From Mustelus asterias (taxonomy: Eukaryota): 64,000 bases of DNA. A program made the translations under genes and the position numbers. Below are positions 11,601 to 23,380 of this stretch, in pieces. The notes below the pieces were generated by a model that had not been told where the DNA came from, ran no database searches, and saw nothing but the letters and a program-made list of their open reading frames with translations. The DNA lies in assembly GCF_964213995.1 (NCBI RefSeq), contig NC_135808.1:7502001-7566000 (forward strand), read 5' to 3'. Each line of letters opens with the position of its first letter. Positions within the stretch are counted from its first letter, which is position 1.

Positions 11601-14600
11601 CTATGATCAGGTTGATGTTAAGGAGCAAAAATAGCTGTTCAACTCAAATTGTGGAATAGACTTAGTAACGCTTCGGATATACAGCACCGTGGAAACATAT
11701 TTGCAATAGACTTTAATTTGCATTTCTTTCTCACAGACATCTGAGCTCATATGTTAATAATCGACGTTTGACAGGGCATAGTTACTTGCACTTGTGAACT
11801 CAAGACACGTGAAGACACTGTAAACAGTAGCACTTTGGAAACAACAGACATGTCTGTAATCAAGATGCGGTTTGTTGTTGGATTGTAGTTTTGTAGTTTA
11901 AATTTCAATTTCAGCACTCAAAGTTCCGCCATTGCATCATTGCAGCAGTTACAGAGATTTAAATCTCTCGCTGCCACCTTAGAAATCCCAATCAATTCTC
12001 TTCCAGTATCAACAAATGAAACGAGTGTTTTGTCCCATCGTGTACCGAATCGCACAGTAGCCTTTGATTTGATTTGATTTATTATTGTCACATGCATTAA
12101 CATACAGTGAAAATATTGTTTCTTACACGCTATACTAGCCACTCCTCAGTAAAACATGCATTTACAAAGGGTTTTCACGTGTTATATTATGCGGTTCATG
12201 ACGTGTAGGCCTGACGGAAAATGTGAGAAGGTGGGAAAAAAATGTCGCAATATTCAAACATTTGAGATGTGTAACATGCTTACTGGAATAAATGTATGGA
12301 CAGCTGGTTAGTGATGCAGAGAGATGAAAACAGCGCGTGTTCAATTCTGAGGTTATTGATTAACCTTCTGAACCTAGCTCCTCGCCTGGCGTGTGGTGAT
12401 CCTGAAGTTAAATCAGCACCAGTCAGCTCTCCCCCTCAAAGGGGAGAGCAGCTTATGGCCATCTGAGACAATGGTGACTTTCCCTTTACCTACATTAACT
12501 TGTGAGTCATAGCAGTGATGCTAAGGCGGTTATACGTGTAACTATCATGTAGCAAAAAATCTAATTGGAGCTACCGAAGAAACCTTTCTCTGGGTTGACA
12601 GCGGATGTCAATTGTGCATGAAATCGCTCTGCCCGGTTTCTTAAGGACCTGCATTTATTGACAACAATTTAAGGCCATTGTTAAAATTGTGTTAAATTGC
12701 GCCGTCTTATTTTAAGGCACCTGTTTCTCTCATTCCATCACTCACCCCCGGGACTATCTTGTGTTACGAGGAGCACCTCAATTGATTGCAACACCAGTGT
12801 AATAATGATGTGGAGATGCCGGCGTTGGAGTGGGGTGGGCACAGTAAGAATTCTCACAACGCCAGGTTCAAGTCCAACAGGGTTAGTTAATATCACGAGC
12901 TTTCGGAGCGCTGCTCCTTCATCAGGTGAGTGATGAAAGAGGTGATCACTCACCTGACGAAGAAGCTGCGCTCCGAAAGATCGGGATACCAAATAAATCT
13001 GTTGGACTTGAACCTGGTGTTGTGAGACTTCTTACAGCAGTGTAATGGCAAGCGGTAAAGTAATTGCACGGTAGTTAAAACAGAAAAAAACGGGATCACA
13101 ACAATCTAACACGTGTAAAATTAGTGCATTTTTTTAAACGAAGCACATGTTTATACTTATCACTTACGCCTTATCACTTCCAGTTGGGTGCCATTTCCAT
13201 CCCTTACTTCTGCTCCCATTAAGTACACATGACAGTAATAGGTATCTGAGTCGTTCTCGGTCAAGTCGGAAATACTAATGAATATTCTGTTGTTGACAAA
13301 GGACTCGCTGTCCGACCTCTCCAGCCTATCTTTATAAAATGGGCTATACTCCAGTTTGTAGCCTCCTGGTTTACCTCGTGTCCAGTGAGCTGCTCCGATC
13401 AGCGAATGGTATCCTTCGAATTCCAAGGCACAATTCAGTGTCACCGACTCCCCCTCTGCTGCCGTTAGGAAGGGAGGGAACTGGTAAACGGTGAAATTCA
13501 TTTCCCCACCTATTGAAAGGGGAGAAACAATAACTTTAAACAAAAGCAGCTTGTTAATTTGGGTTGGTAAATGAAACTATCATTTTATATTATATGCGGT
13601 ACAAGAAGGCACCTTTTAGGAACGATTTGCAACGGGCAATGAATACTAGCTGAGACAGCGAAGCCCACATGCTTGAATGTCTATCCTTGATTGATAGACT
13701 GTTCTCTGCAGTCGACAGTGTGAGTCCGGATCGCTGAGTTGCCTGCTTGTAGGATCGGAATCCAATCTCACAATACCCCCAACGCCAAAAGCTTCATGGA
13801 TATAAACACTGCAAACAAGCCAAACCCCAATTGAACAGTAAGGAGGTTAATCTCCAAAACAAGTGGATACCGAAACTGGGACATTCCCACCTCAAAGATG
13901 ACTATCAGACAATCCAATTACAGAAAGTGGGAGACATTGGAGCTGATGGCCCCAGACATTATACAACCAAGAAATAACAAAAGCTAAGGAGAACTGACTT
14001 TGTCACATTCATGTCAACTTGGGAGCCAGAAATATTACAACTGAAAGAGGGCAATGTTTTTGTTGTGGACACATCATGATGAATCGTTCGCCTGAACTAG
14101 GACAAGAGCTATGTGCAAAGCGATTTAAAAGTGCTAAGCACTGACCATCCGGCCAGGACATCTGCAAGCACATGCTTTTATATTTTTTATACTGTTCTGT
14201 AATAGAAAGGGCAACACAGTCGAGTTTTTCATTGCAATCACAAAGGGCAGTTAGAAAGTTCAGGCTGATTTACGGATGTTAGGGACCGGATCAGAGCATC
14301 CGAGGCGGATTATGAAGTTAAATATGATCAGAATGAATTGGCACAAAACACATAGGCCCACATGGATGCTAGATTCCCAGCCTTGTAACCCATCTGGACA
14401 GAGATTCAGAAAGACACCTGTCTTCTGATTTCCATACAAGAACCTCCAGAGAAAGATCTATCTTCAAACAGCGAACTTCAGAGAAAGACAATTACTCATG
14501 GGCAGAATTCCAGAGAGAGGCAGAGTCACAGTGAGAGGTACTTCCTTCAAAGAATTTCCAGCAGCAACTGTTTTTCTGTGTAAGCCTATTCCTAGGCAGT

Positions 14601-17600
14601 CACATCAATCTAATCAAGCCCCCTTCCCAGGAGAAAACACTAATATAACAGAACTGCCTTAGTCCTGATTAAAACAAGCACTTCAGTAATTAGGATCAAT
14701 TATGCTTGTGGAGAATCGACATGAGCTGTCAGTTAGAGACAGCAATACGAGGTTAATAGGACAGACGGTTAATAAAATCTTGCACAAGAAACATTTCCTA
14801 AAGGCACAGTATCGTCACATGGACTATGGCTCCGATCAGAAGGACCAGCTGTGTGGGGAGCTATATCAGGCAGACCTTGGGGTATTAGGGTTGGTGTTTA
14901 AATATAACTTAACAGCAGAAATTAAATCTTTAGGGGTTCTGATTTGAGGTTTGGACAGTAACGTGGAAGTTACCTCGGGTTTTTCATGGAGGTTGTAATT
15001 AATAAGCCGTTTGTTGAGTGTCGTGTGCTATCATTATACTAGCTTTGTGTGCTTAGATTAGGATTTTGGGAGCGTTTTATTTTATTAGTAAAATCATTTG
15101 TGGTTGAACCTAAAAGCCTTCATCAGTGCAAGTTGAATTTTATAAAATCCTGAACTCAGAAAATCACAGTAAGATTAAAGGGGAGATTGGACCTCTCACA
15201 GCCCGGTGCCAGGTTTTGGGATATCTTCTCCGGGCTGGAGAGCAACTTGCAGTGGGAGATGGAAGGCCCAGTGCTCATATTTCACGTCAGTACCAACGAC
15301 GTGGATAAGACTCAGAAACAGTTTTTGCATGGAAAATATGAGGAGCTGGGCACTAAATTAAAAAACAGAATCAAAGGCAATGACCTCTGGATCCTTACTT
15401 GAGCAATGTGCAAATTGTATTGAATTGTATATGAGGACAGTGCAGCTGATGTTGCTACATGGTAGGTTGTTGCATAAGGTTAAATCTCACTGGATCCTGG
15501 ATGAGGTAGTTAAATGGATACAAAATTGGCTTGATGACAGACACCAGAGGGCGGTTGCAGAGGGTTGTTTTTCAAACCGGAGACATGTGACCAGCGGTGT
15601 GCCTCAGGGGTCGGTGCTGGGTCCACTGTTATTTGTCATTTATATGAATGATTTGGATGAGAATATAGAAGGCATGGTTAGTAAGTTTGCAGATGACACC
15701 AAGATTGGTGGCATAGTGGACAGTGAAGAAGGTTATCTCTGATTGCAACGGGATTTTGATCAATTGGACCAGTGGTTGACGAATGGCAGGTGGAGTTTAA
15801 TTGAGATAAATGCGAGGTGACGCATTTTGGTAGATTGAACCAGGGCAGCATTTACTCAGTTAATGGTAGGGCGTTGGGGGGAGTTACAGAACAAAGAGAT
15901 CTAGGGGTACAGGTTCATAACTCCTTGAAAGTGGAGTCACAAGTGGACAGATCTGCTAGTTGGTCAATATCTTTTCCCAAATGTAGGGGAGTCTAAGAAT
16001 AGAGGGCATAGGTTTAAGATAGAGGGGTGAGATATAAAACGATCCAGAGGGGCAATTGTTTCACACAGAGGGTGGTGGGTGTCTGGAACAAGCTGCCAGA
16101 GGTAGTAGAAGAGGCGGGTCCAATTTTGTCTTTTAAAAAGCATTTAGATGGTTACATGGGTAATTTGGATATAGAGGGATATGTGGCAAATGTGGGCAAT
16201 TGGGACTAGCTTAGGTGTTTAAAAAAAGGTGGCATGGACAAGTTGGGCTGAAGGGCCTTTTTCCATGCTGTAAACCTCTATGGCTCCACGACTCTATGAG
16301 TAAACAAAATCAGAGAGATCGAAGTGTGGTGTGGGAACATGGGTGAGAGTTCATGGGGCACTGGCAACAGTACTAGGCAGAGTAACTTTGTACAGTTCGG
16401 AAGGCCTACACCTGAACTGTGCTGGGTCCCCTGTTCTAGAAAACTGCGTAACTAGCGAAGTAAGTGGGTTTTAATTTAAATAGTGGAAGGAAATGATCAA
16501 ATTTGGGAATACATGCCTAATCAAACTGTAGTGACAAGGCTAAAGAAAAATATATTGACATGAGAAATGATAACGAGACCATGGAAGGAAGGGGTAGGCT
16601 AAATCAGCAGATAAGGCTAGCAGTTACAAAAATATGAAAAGGACAAAAATAAAGATGCTGTATTTCAATGTGCGCATCATTTGGAACAAAACAAATAAAC
16701 TGATAGCGCAAATAGAAATTAATAAGTACGATCCAATAGACAGTACAGATACGTGACTGCAGGATGTCATGGATTGATACCTGAATACAGTAAGAAATCT
16801 CACAACACCAGGTTAAAGTCCAACAGGTTTATTTGAAATCACGAGCTTTTGGAGCGCTGCTCCTTCATCAGGTGAGTGGAGAGGTAGGTTTCATAAACAA
16901 TGCACATAAAGACAAAGCCAGGACAGTTAGAATCGTTGAGCAGAACCTGACAGCCAAGTTCTACACGCATGAGGACGGCCTCAACTGAGATCTTGGGTTC
17001 ATGTCACATTACGTGTAACCCCCGCAATTTGGCCTGGTCTTGCAAAGGCTTACTAACTGTCCTGGTTTGAGACAATCAGATGGACAAAGATTGCATGGCA
17101 ATGTTTTGGGAATAGAATCTTACAACAACATGCTCTGGTGTGAAGCTGAGGGCAGACTATACGAGGCCTGGTATTGTGCAACAATGTAGGATTAATTAAT
17201 GATCTCAGAGTGAAGGCTCCGCTAGGTAGCAGGAATTAAGTGTGATTGAATTTAACATTCAGTCTGAAGGAGAGAAGAATGGGGTTTAGACTAGTATTTT
17301 ACGCATAAATAAGAGCACTTATGAGGACATGAAATTAGAGCTAGCTAAAGTGAACTGGCAAATTTAGTTATGGGATACTTCAATAGAGACGAAGTGGCAG
17401 ACATTTATGAGGATATTCAAAAATTCAGAATAGTCGTATTCCAACAAGAAGGAAATATCCAAAAGGAGGACCCACCATCCGAGGTTAACCAAACAGTTAG
17501 ATAACATCAAGCATTTTAATAATCATATAATTGCACAACGATATTTGACTGGTCTGAAGATTGGAAAGAATATAAAAAAGCAGGGAATGGCTAAAAAGTT

Positions 17601-20600
17601 TAATAAGTGGGGATACGTTCATTAACGAGAAAAATATACCTGGAAATATAGAAAAAACACGGTTAGTAAGAGTTTCTATAGATATTAAAAATGAAAAGAA
17701 CTAACAATCGTGTGTCCTATAGAAAGTAAGGCTGAGGATTTTTAATGGAAAATAAGGAGATGGCATGTGAATTATACAGGTACTCAGCAACTGTAGTCGT
17801 TACACACGGTACAAGTAAGAATCCAGGAATAGCTGTAAATCAGGAAATGGAAGGGAAGAACCCATAAAACTGCAAATTCATGGATGCGGTACTGAGCAAG
17901 CTGTTGAAGCTTTGGTTTAACAAGTTTATTGATCCTGGGAGATTGCATCACAGCATCTGAAATAAAGCGACTACTGACTAGGTTGGTGCACTGGTTTTCT
18001 TTTTCAAAAATTTTCTAAGTTCGGGGAAGGCTCCATTAGATTAGAAAACAATGAATGTAACTCCTTTATTCAAAAGGGGAGGGTGACAGATGCTACATCA
18101 TGGGAAATTTGTAGAAACAATTATTCAATATGTTCTAGCAGGGCAAACAGGCAGAGTCAATATGGTTTTGTGAAAGGGAAATCATGTTCAACAAATTTAT
18201 TGAACACACATATGTTGAATATAAAGGGAAACAGGTAGATGTACTGTACTTGGATTCCTAAAACGCATTTGATAAAGTACCACATCAATGGTTGATTGGG
18301 GCATAGGTTTAAGGTGCGAGGGGCACGTTTAAAAGAGATGTACGAGACAGATTTTTTACACAGAGAGTGGTGGGTGCCTGGAACTCGTTGCCGGGGGAGG
18401 TAGTGGAAGCGGGTATGGTCCTGACCTTTAAGGGGCGTCTTGACAAGTACATGAATGAGATGCGAATAGAGGGATATGGCCCCCGGAAGGGTGGGGGGTT
18501 TTTGTTAAGTCGGGCAGCATGGTCGATGCAGGCTTGGAGGGCCGAAGGGCCTGTTCCTGTGCTGTAATTTTCTTTGTTCTTTGATCGTTGTACGTGCAGA
18601 AAATAAAAGCTTGTTTTGTAGCAGATAACATGTTCACGTGGGTAGAAGATTGAATTACTAATAGACCTAATACTTACTAATGACCATATAAATGGTCATT
18701 TTCTGTTTGGCAAGACGTAAAGAGTGGTGCACCACAGGGATCAGTTCTGGGGTCTCAGCTTTCTAGAATTTATATGTGTGGCTTGGATAAAGGGATGGAT
18801 GGTACAGCTGATGAATTTGCTGATGATACGAAGATAGGTAGTAAAGTAAATTGTGAAGTGGACATAAGGAGGTTTCAAAGGGATATAGATAGGGTAGGTG
18901 GCTGAGCAACGTTTTCAAACAGTAGGCGCTTAGCGTCTGGAATTCTCTGCCTGAGAATGTGGTGGAGGCAGGTTCAGTTGGGCCAACCAAGAGGGAATTA
19001 GATGATTATTTCAAAAGAAACTATCTATAGGATTATGCAGAGCAAACAGGATAATGACACTAGGTGAAACATTCATACAGAGAGTCAATGCAGGCACAAT
19101 GAGTCAATGAGCTGAATAGCCTCCTTTTGCGCTCTAACAATTCACTGAAATCTGTGAATAAATCACTGGCTGCATAGTATATGGAACCAAATAAGGTTGT
19201 TTTACAGCTAAATTGTGAAAAGCTGCGGGAAATACCGAGCCGTGACAATGCAGTATTGTATTATCCAATCAGCCATAGATCCATAGAGTCATAGAGGTTT
19301 GCAGCATGGAAACAGGCCCTTTGGCCCAACTTGTCCATGCCGCCCAGTTTTTACCATTAAGCTAGGCCCAAGTGCCCGCGTTTGGCCCATATTTCTCTAG
19401 ACTAATCTTAACCGTGTAACTGTCTAAATGCTTTCCAAAGACAAAATTGTACTTGCCTCTACTACTACCTCTGGCAGTTCAGTCCAGACACTCACCACCC
19501 TCTGTATGGAAAAAAGCCTCTCTGGACCCTTTTGTATCTCACCCCTCTCGCCTTAAACTTATGTCCTCCAATTTTAGACTCCCCTGAGAAAAGGTGTTGA
19601 CTATCTAGCTGATCTATGCCCCTCATTATTCTATTGACCTCTAAAAGATCACCCCTAAGCCTCCTACGCTCCAAGGAAAAAAGTCACAGTCTATCCAGCC
19701 TGTCCTTATAACTCAATCTGTTAAGTCCCGGTAGCATCCTAGTAATTCTTTTCTGCACTCTTTCTAGTTTAATAATATCCTTTCTATGATATGGTGACCA
19801 GAACTGTGGAAAGTATTCCAAGTGTGGCCCTACTAATGAATTGTACAACCTCAACAAGAGGTCTCAACTCCTATATTCAGTGTTCTGACCAACGAAACCA
19901 AGCATGCTGAAAGCCTTCTTCACTTCCCAGTCCACCTGTGACTCCACTTTCAAGGAGCTATGAACCTATACCACGGATCTCTTTGTTCTATAACTCTCCC
20001 CAACTCCTTACCATTACCTAAGTAAGTCCTGCCATTGTTCGACTTACCAAAAAGGATCACCTCACAATTTATGTAAATTAAACTGCATCTGCCATTCATC
20101 AGCCCATTGGCCCAATTGATCAAGATCCCGTTGCAATCCTGGATAACCTCCTTCACTGTCCACTATGCCACCAATGTTGATATCATCTGTAAACTTACTA
20201 ACCATGCCTCCTAAATTCTCATCCAAATCATTAATATAAATGATAAATAACAGTGGACCCAGCACCGATCCCTGAGGCACACCGCTGGTCTCAAGCCTCC
20301 AGTTTAAAAGACAACCCTCTATAACCACACTCTGTCTTCTGTCATCAAACCAATTTTGTATCCAACTGGCTACCTCACCCTGGATCCCGTGAGATTTAAC
20401 CTCATGCAACGACCTACTTTGTGGTACCTTGTCAAAGGCCATAAAGGCCAGGTAGACAACATTGACTGCACTGCCCTCATCTACCTTTTTGGTTACCCTT
20501 TCAAAAAAAATTTAGTCAAATTCGTGAGACATGATTTTCCACTCATAAAGCTATGCTGACTGTCTCTAGTCCGTCCCTGCCTCTCTAAATGCCTGTAGAA

Positions 20601-22150
20601 CCTGTCTCTCAGAATACATCGTAACAACTTACCCACTACAGACGTTAGGCTCACCGGGCTGTATTTCCCAGGCTTTTCCCTGCAGCCTATCTTAAACAAA
20701 GGCACAACATTTTCCACCCTCCAATCTTCAGGCACCGCACCTGTGGATCTCCATGATTCAAATGTCTCTGCTAGGGGACCCGCAATTTCCTCCTTAGCCT
20801 CCCACAACGTCCTGGGATTCACTTCATTGGGTCCCAGGGATTTATCTACCTTGATGCGCTTTAAGACTTCCAGCGCCTCCTTCTCTGTAACATGTACATT
20901 CCTCAAGACATCACTATTCATTTCCCCAAGTTCCCGAACATCCATGCCATTCTCAACTTTAAATACTGTTGAGAAATATTCATTTAGGATCTCACCCATC
21001 TCTTGTGGATCCGCACACATATGGCCTTGTTGATCCATAAGAGGCCCCATTCTATCCCTAGTTACTCCTTTGTTCTTTATGTATTTGTAGAAGCTCTATG
21101 GATTCTTCATTGTCTTATCTGCCAAAGCCCAAGGAAGCAGTACTGGGTCTACTCCACTGGAATCTACTTGTTTCGCAAACAATATTTCAGTAGGGGCTCA
21201 TTTGGATCACAGTGATCACAATACAGTCTGGTTTAGCATAGTTATGGAAAGTGCAAGGAACAATTTCGCAGAAAAAAATTGTTTAACTAGAGAAAGGCTA
21301 TTTTCAGTGACTTATTAAAGAATCTAGCCTGCATACATTAAATACAAATATTGGTAGGCAAAGCAATAATTCAACTGTGGGAAATTGTCAATGAAGAGCT
21401 GGTTCAAGTGCAGCGTAGACTCTTTGCCATGAATGGGGAAAAGGACAGTATCCAAAGTTAAAGCTCCCTATCGAAGTTCCTTTGTCTTTGCTTTTGATGA
21501 AGTAATAGAGAGCTGATCAGGAGAATGTAGATCATGTTGTGTTTTGGGAAGTACAAATGACATCTGGGGAAAATGCCATAGATGAGACATGGTAACATAA
21601 AGAAAGCCCATAGGAATAAAGTTGTAGTGTTAGCTTTGATTTCATTATATTCGAGTAAGTTTCAAATATCATTCGTAGGACACTTGAAGCACTAAAATGT
21701 ACGAAACAATGAAGAGGATAGCAAAAGACTTCAGGATAAATTCAGATTGTTGAAATTACAGATTTTGCAAATGCACTATAACGTAGAGAAGCATGAAGTC
21801 TCGAAATTTTGCCTGGAACAATGTAGAGAGGAAATATGAGTTGATTGGGACGACTTGAATGGGGCCAGAGGAACAGGTAGAATCAAGATCGAGACCGTCC
21901 AGAAATCAGGATTCTGCAGAAGAATGACCTACATTACGACTTCATTCATCATGAACTGTGTGACTGTGCTATGCCTATAATATGTTGAAATTTAAGGCGT
22001 TCTTTTTTCAATTTACACGTTAATTACATTCCAGTGAAAATATACAATGAAAATATACAATAACAACATACAAATAATGTAAGGTAACTAACCGGTAGTT
22101 AGCAGAAGGAGAATCAGCTGTATCAGACTAATTTGCAGAATGGAATCCAT
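5569..22150 (-). CDS. NCR3-like: Gene A: NKp30/NCR3-like single IgV(J) type I membrane receptor, activating type (TM Lys, short tail). Exons 22150-22093, 13509-13168, 11566-11432, 5606-5569; about 190 aa
   Basis: Four exons (58+342+135+38=573 nt) with GT-AG boundaries join in frame, all phase 1: signal peptide [21 protein letters not shown] domain, stalk/[47 protein letters not shown], tail [12 protein letters not shown]. The last exon is the least certain. Confidence 0.8.
5940..6510 (-). mobile_element. CR1 LINE 3' fragment (old)
   Basis: Degenerate CR1 ORF2 C-terminus and tail. Confidence 0.7.
6850..7295 (-). mobile_element. CR1 LINE 3' fragment
   Basis: [23 protein letters not shown] motif plus 3'UTR. 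Confidence 0.85.
7908..8347 (+). mobile_element. 5'-truncated Tx1/L1-clade LINE with 15-bp target site duplication
   Basis: ORF2 C-terminus ([18 protein letters not shown]...FRARWAP) plus T-rich 3'UTR; ACAGAGAAAAATTGC at 7893-7907 and 8348-8362. Confidence 0.88.
9275..9597 (-). mobile_element. HE1-type V-SINE
   Basis: Full head, V-domain core and tail. Confidence 0.9.
9828..10735 (+). mobile_element. CR1 LINE, 5'-truncated (RT C-terminus plus 3'UTR)
   Basis: [29 protein letters not shown] and [10 protein letters not shown] motifs; TTCTTTG-type tail. Confidence 0.93.
10880..11230 (+). mobile_element. CR1 LINE 3' fragment (old)
   Basis: Degenerate ORF2 end and 3'UTR. Confidence 0.7.
11432..11566 (-). 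CDS. Gene A exon 3, stalk (Cys) plus transmembrane segment with Lys
   Basis: Acceptor tctttttatcatttcag, donor gtatgt, 135 nt, phase 1-1. Encodes [27 protein letters not shown] followed by basic KWKCK. Confidence 0.88.
12300..12490 (+). mobile_element. SINE-like repeat family 3 (other copies at about 38050-38190 minus and 54420-54490 plus)
   Basis: Shared AGTCAGCTCTCCCCCTCAAAG...CTATGG core between copies. Confidence 0.6.
12806..13035. mobile_element. Penelope-like element terminus as an inverted repeat (about 91-bp arms) with hammerhead-like motifs
   Basis: Arms 12844-12934 and 12945-13035. The same terminus is attached to a Penelope ORF remnant at 16787-17080. Confidence 0.8.
13168..13509 (-). 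CDS. NCR3-like: Gene A exon 2, VJ-type IgV domain (NKp30-like)
   Basis: Acceptor ...ccctttcaatag, donor gtaagt, 342 nt, phase 1-1. Contains VTLNC, IGAAHW, DSDTYYC and J-like GNGTQLEV. Confidence 0.93.
15180..19150 (+). mobile_element. Old degenerate CR1 (ORF1 esterase, endonuclease, RT remnants) interrupted by younger CR1 3' pieces (about 15460-16295 and 18298-18585) and a Penelope piece
   Basis: HVSTNDV (ORF1), [23 protein letters not shown] and FDKVPH remnants in colinear order. Confidence 0.8.
16787..17080. mobile_element. Penelope-like element fragment (inverted terminus plus GIY-YIG ORF C-terminus)
   Basis: Plus-strand translation [24 protein letters not shown] is typical of a Penelope ORF end; terminus nearly identical to 12844-12932. 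Confidence 0.75.
19280..21125 (-). mobile_element. CR1 LINE ORF2 (RT) plus 3'UTR, frameshifted
   Basis: ORFs 20493-21050, 20062-20442 and 19492-19674 carry CR1 RT motifs. Confidence 0.93.
22093..22150 (-). CDS. Gene A exon 1, signal peptide ([20 protein letters not shown])
   Basis: ATG at 22150, 19 mostly hydrophobic codons plus 1 nt, then donor gttagt. Same 58-nt length as the gene B leader, sharing Q6, L9, Q11, I13, T19. An in-frame upstream ATG lies at 22165. Confidence 0.8.
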
Positions 22151-22616
22151 CGCCGATGAACTCATGTAGTAGAGATTACGTGCAATGAGGCTGAAGACAA
22201 ATGCTGTCAATACGTTGAGGGTTGACTACAGCGATGACATTATTTTTGGGCTTTGCACTGATGATAAAAGGTGCACAGACTGGACTGTCGCTGAAAATGA
22301 AGTGAATAATTTGCGTCCAATGTAATGGTTAATATTTAACAAGTCGCTTTAAAATTGCATAGGAAATGGTATCCAGCAAATCTAGAGGTAGATCGAGCAG
22401 GATGTTCCACCTGTCAACAATTTGTCCCTACATGCTCATAAAACAGACACCTCTGAAGGTTCAGAAACTGCTGGACACTCTCGGTATCGCATCCGACGTA
22501 ACCTCCGGACAAAGAATGGAGAATAGAAGTATGCATAATCAACTTACGTTTTAAATGCGAATTGAATTGCATTTTTTCAGCTAAAATAGCAATACAGCTC
22601 TGAACCACCACATCAC

Positions 22617-22920
22617 GGGCAGCACGGTGGCACAGTGGTTAGCATTGCTGCCTCACAGTTCCAAGGGACTTGGGTTCAATTGCCGGCTTGGGACACTGTC
22701 TGTGTGGATTTTGCACATTCTCCCCGTGTCTGCGTGGGTTTCCTCCGGATGCTCCGGTTTCCTCCCAGGTGTGCGGGTTAGGTGGATTGGCCATTCTAAA
22801 TTGCCTCTTAGTGTCAGGGTGGATAGCTAGGGATATGGGATTAGGGCCTGGGAGGAATTGTGGTCAGTGCAGACTCAATGAGTCGAATGGCCTCCTTCTG
22901 CACTGTATGATTCTGTGATC
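22617..22920 (+). mobile_element. HE1-type V-SINE about 470 bp upstream of the gene A ATG
   Basis: GGGCAGCACGGTGGCACAGTGGTTAGC head; ATTCT-type tail. Confidence 0.9.
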
Positions 22921-23149
22921 ACACCGAGGTTTATTACAATGTGTTACCCTTGGATAAGGATACAGGGTGCCGCACTTATTTTATTAACAATAAAATGTTC
23001 CCTCTTAGACTTTAAGCACTGCATTGTGTGCCTTTTTCGATTAGAGTTGTTCGTGACTTGAGGTGTTGGATTAATAACAAAGAACACATGCTACATTTCA
23101 TTTGTGCCCGTTTAAGGGACACCTTTTAACGGAGAATGGTGATTCCCAG

Positions 23150-23380
23150 GAAATTGTAAGCCGAAAGTACTGGAAACAGTCAGAAGGTCCAGTCGCAACT
23201 GTGGATTAACTGAATTAACCTTTCGAATCCAGTATGTAGATTCTGAAGAACAGTCATATTGGACTCGAAGTTTTAACTCTGTTTCTCTCCCCACTGCTTC
23301 TACCGGGCCTTCAGAGGTTTTACAGCCTTTGCAATTTTCATTTCAGCATTGCGGCACCTGCAGTATTTTGATTTCAATTT
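23150..23380. mobile_element. Palindromic Penelope-derived element (degenerate)
   Basis: Related to 5185-5390; contains CTGAAGA...GTC-atattg-GACTC-GAA. Confidence 0.55.

Noticed and set aside
13860-15110. Possible solo LTR in gene A intron 1
   Set aside because: Composition is suggestive, but I could not identify TG..CA termini, a TSD or a second copy.
22617-22700. tRNA-like sequences (A/B boxes) here and at other SINE heads
   Set aside because: They continue into SINE bodies; these are tRNA-derived SINE heads, not tRNA genes.
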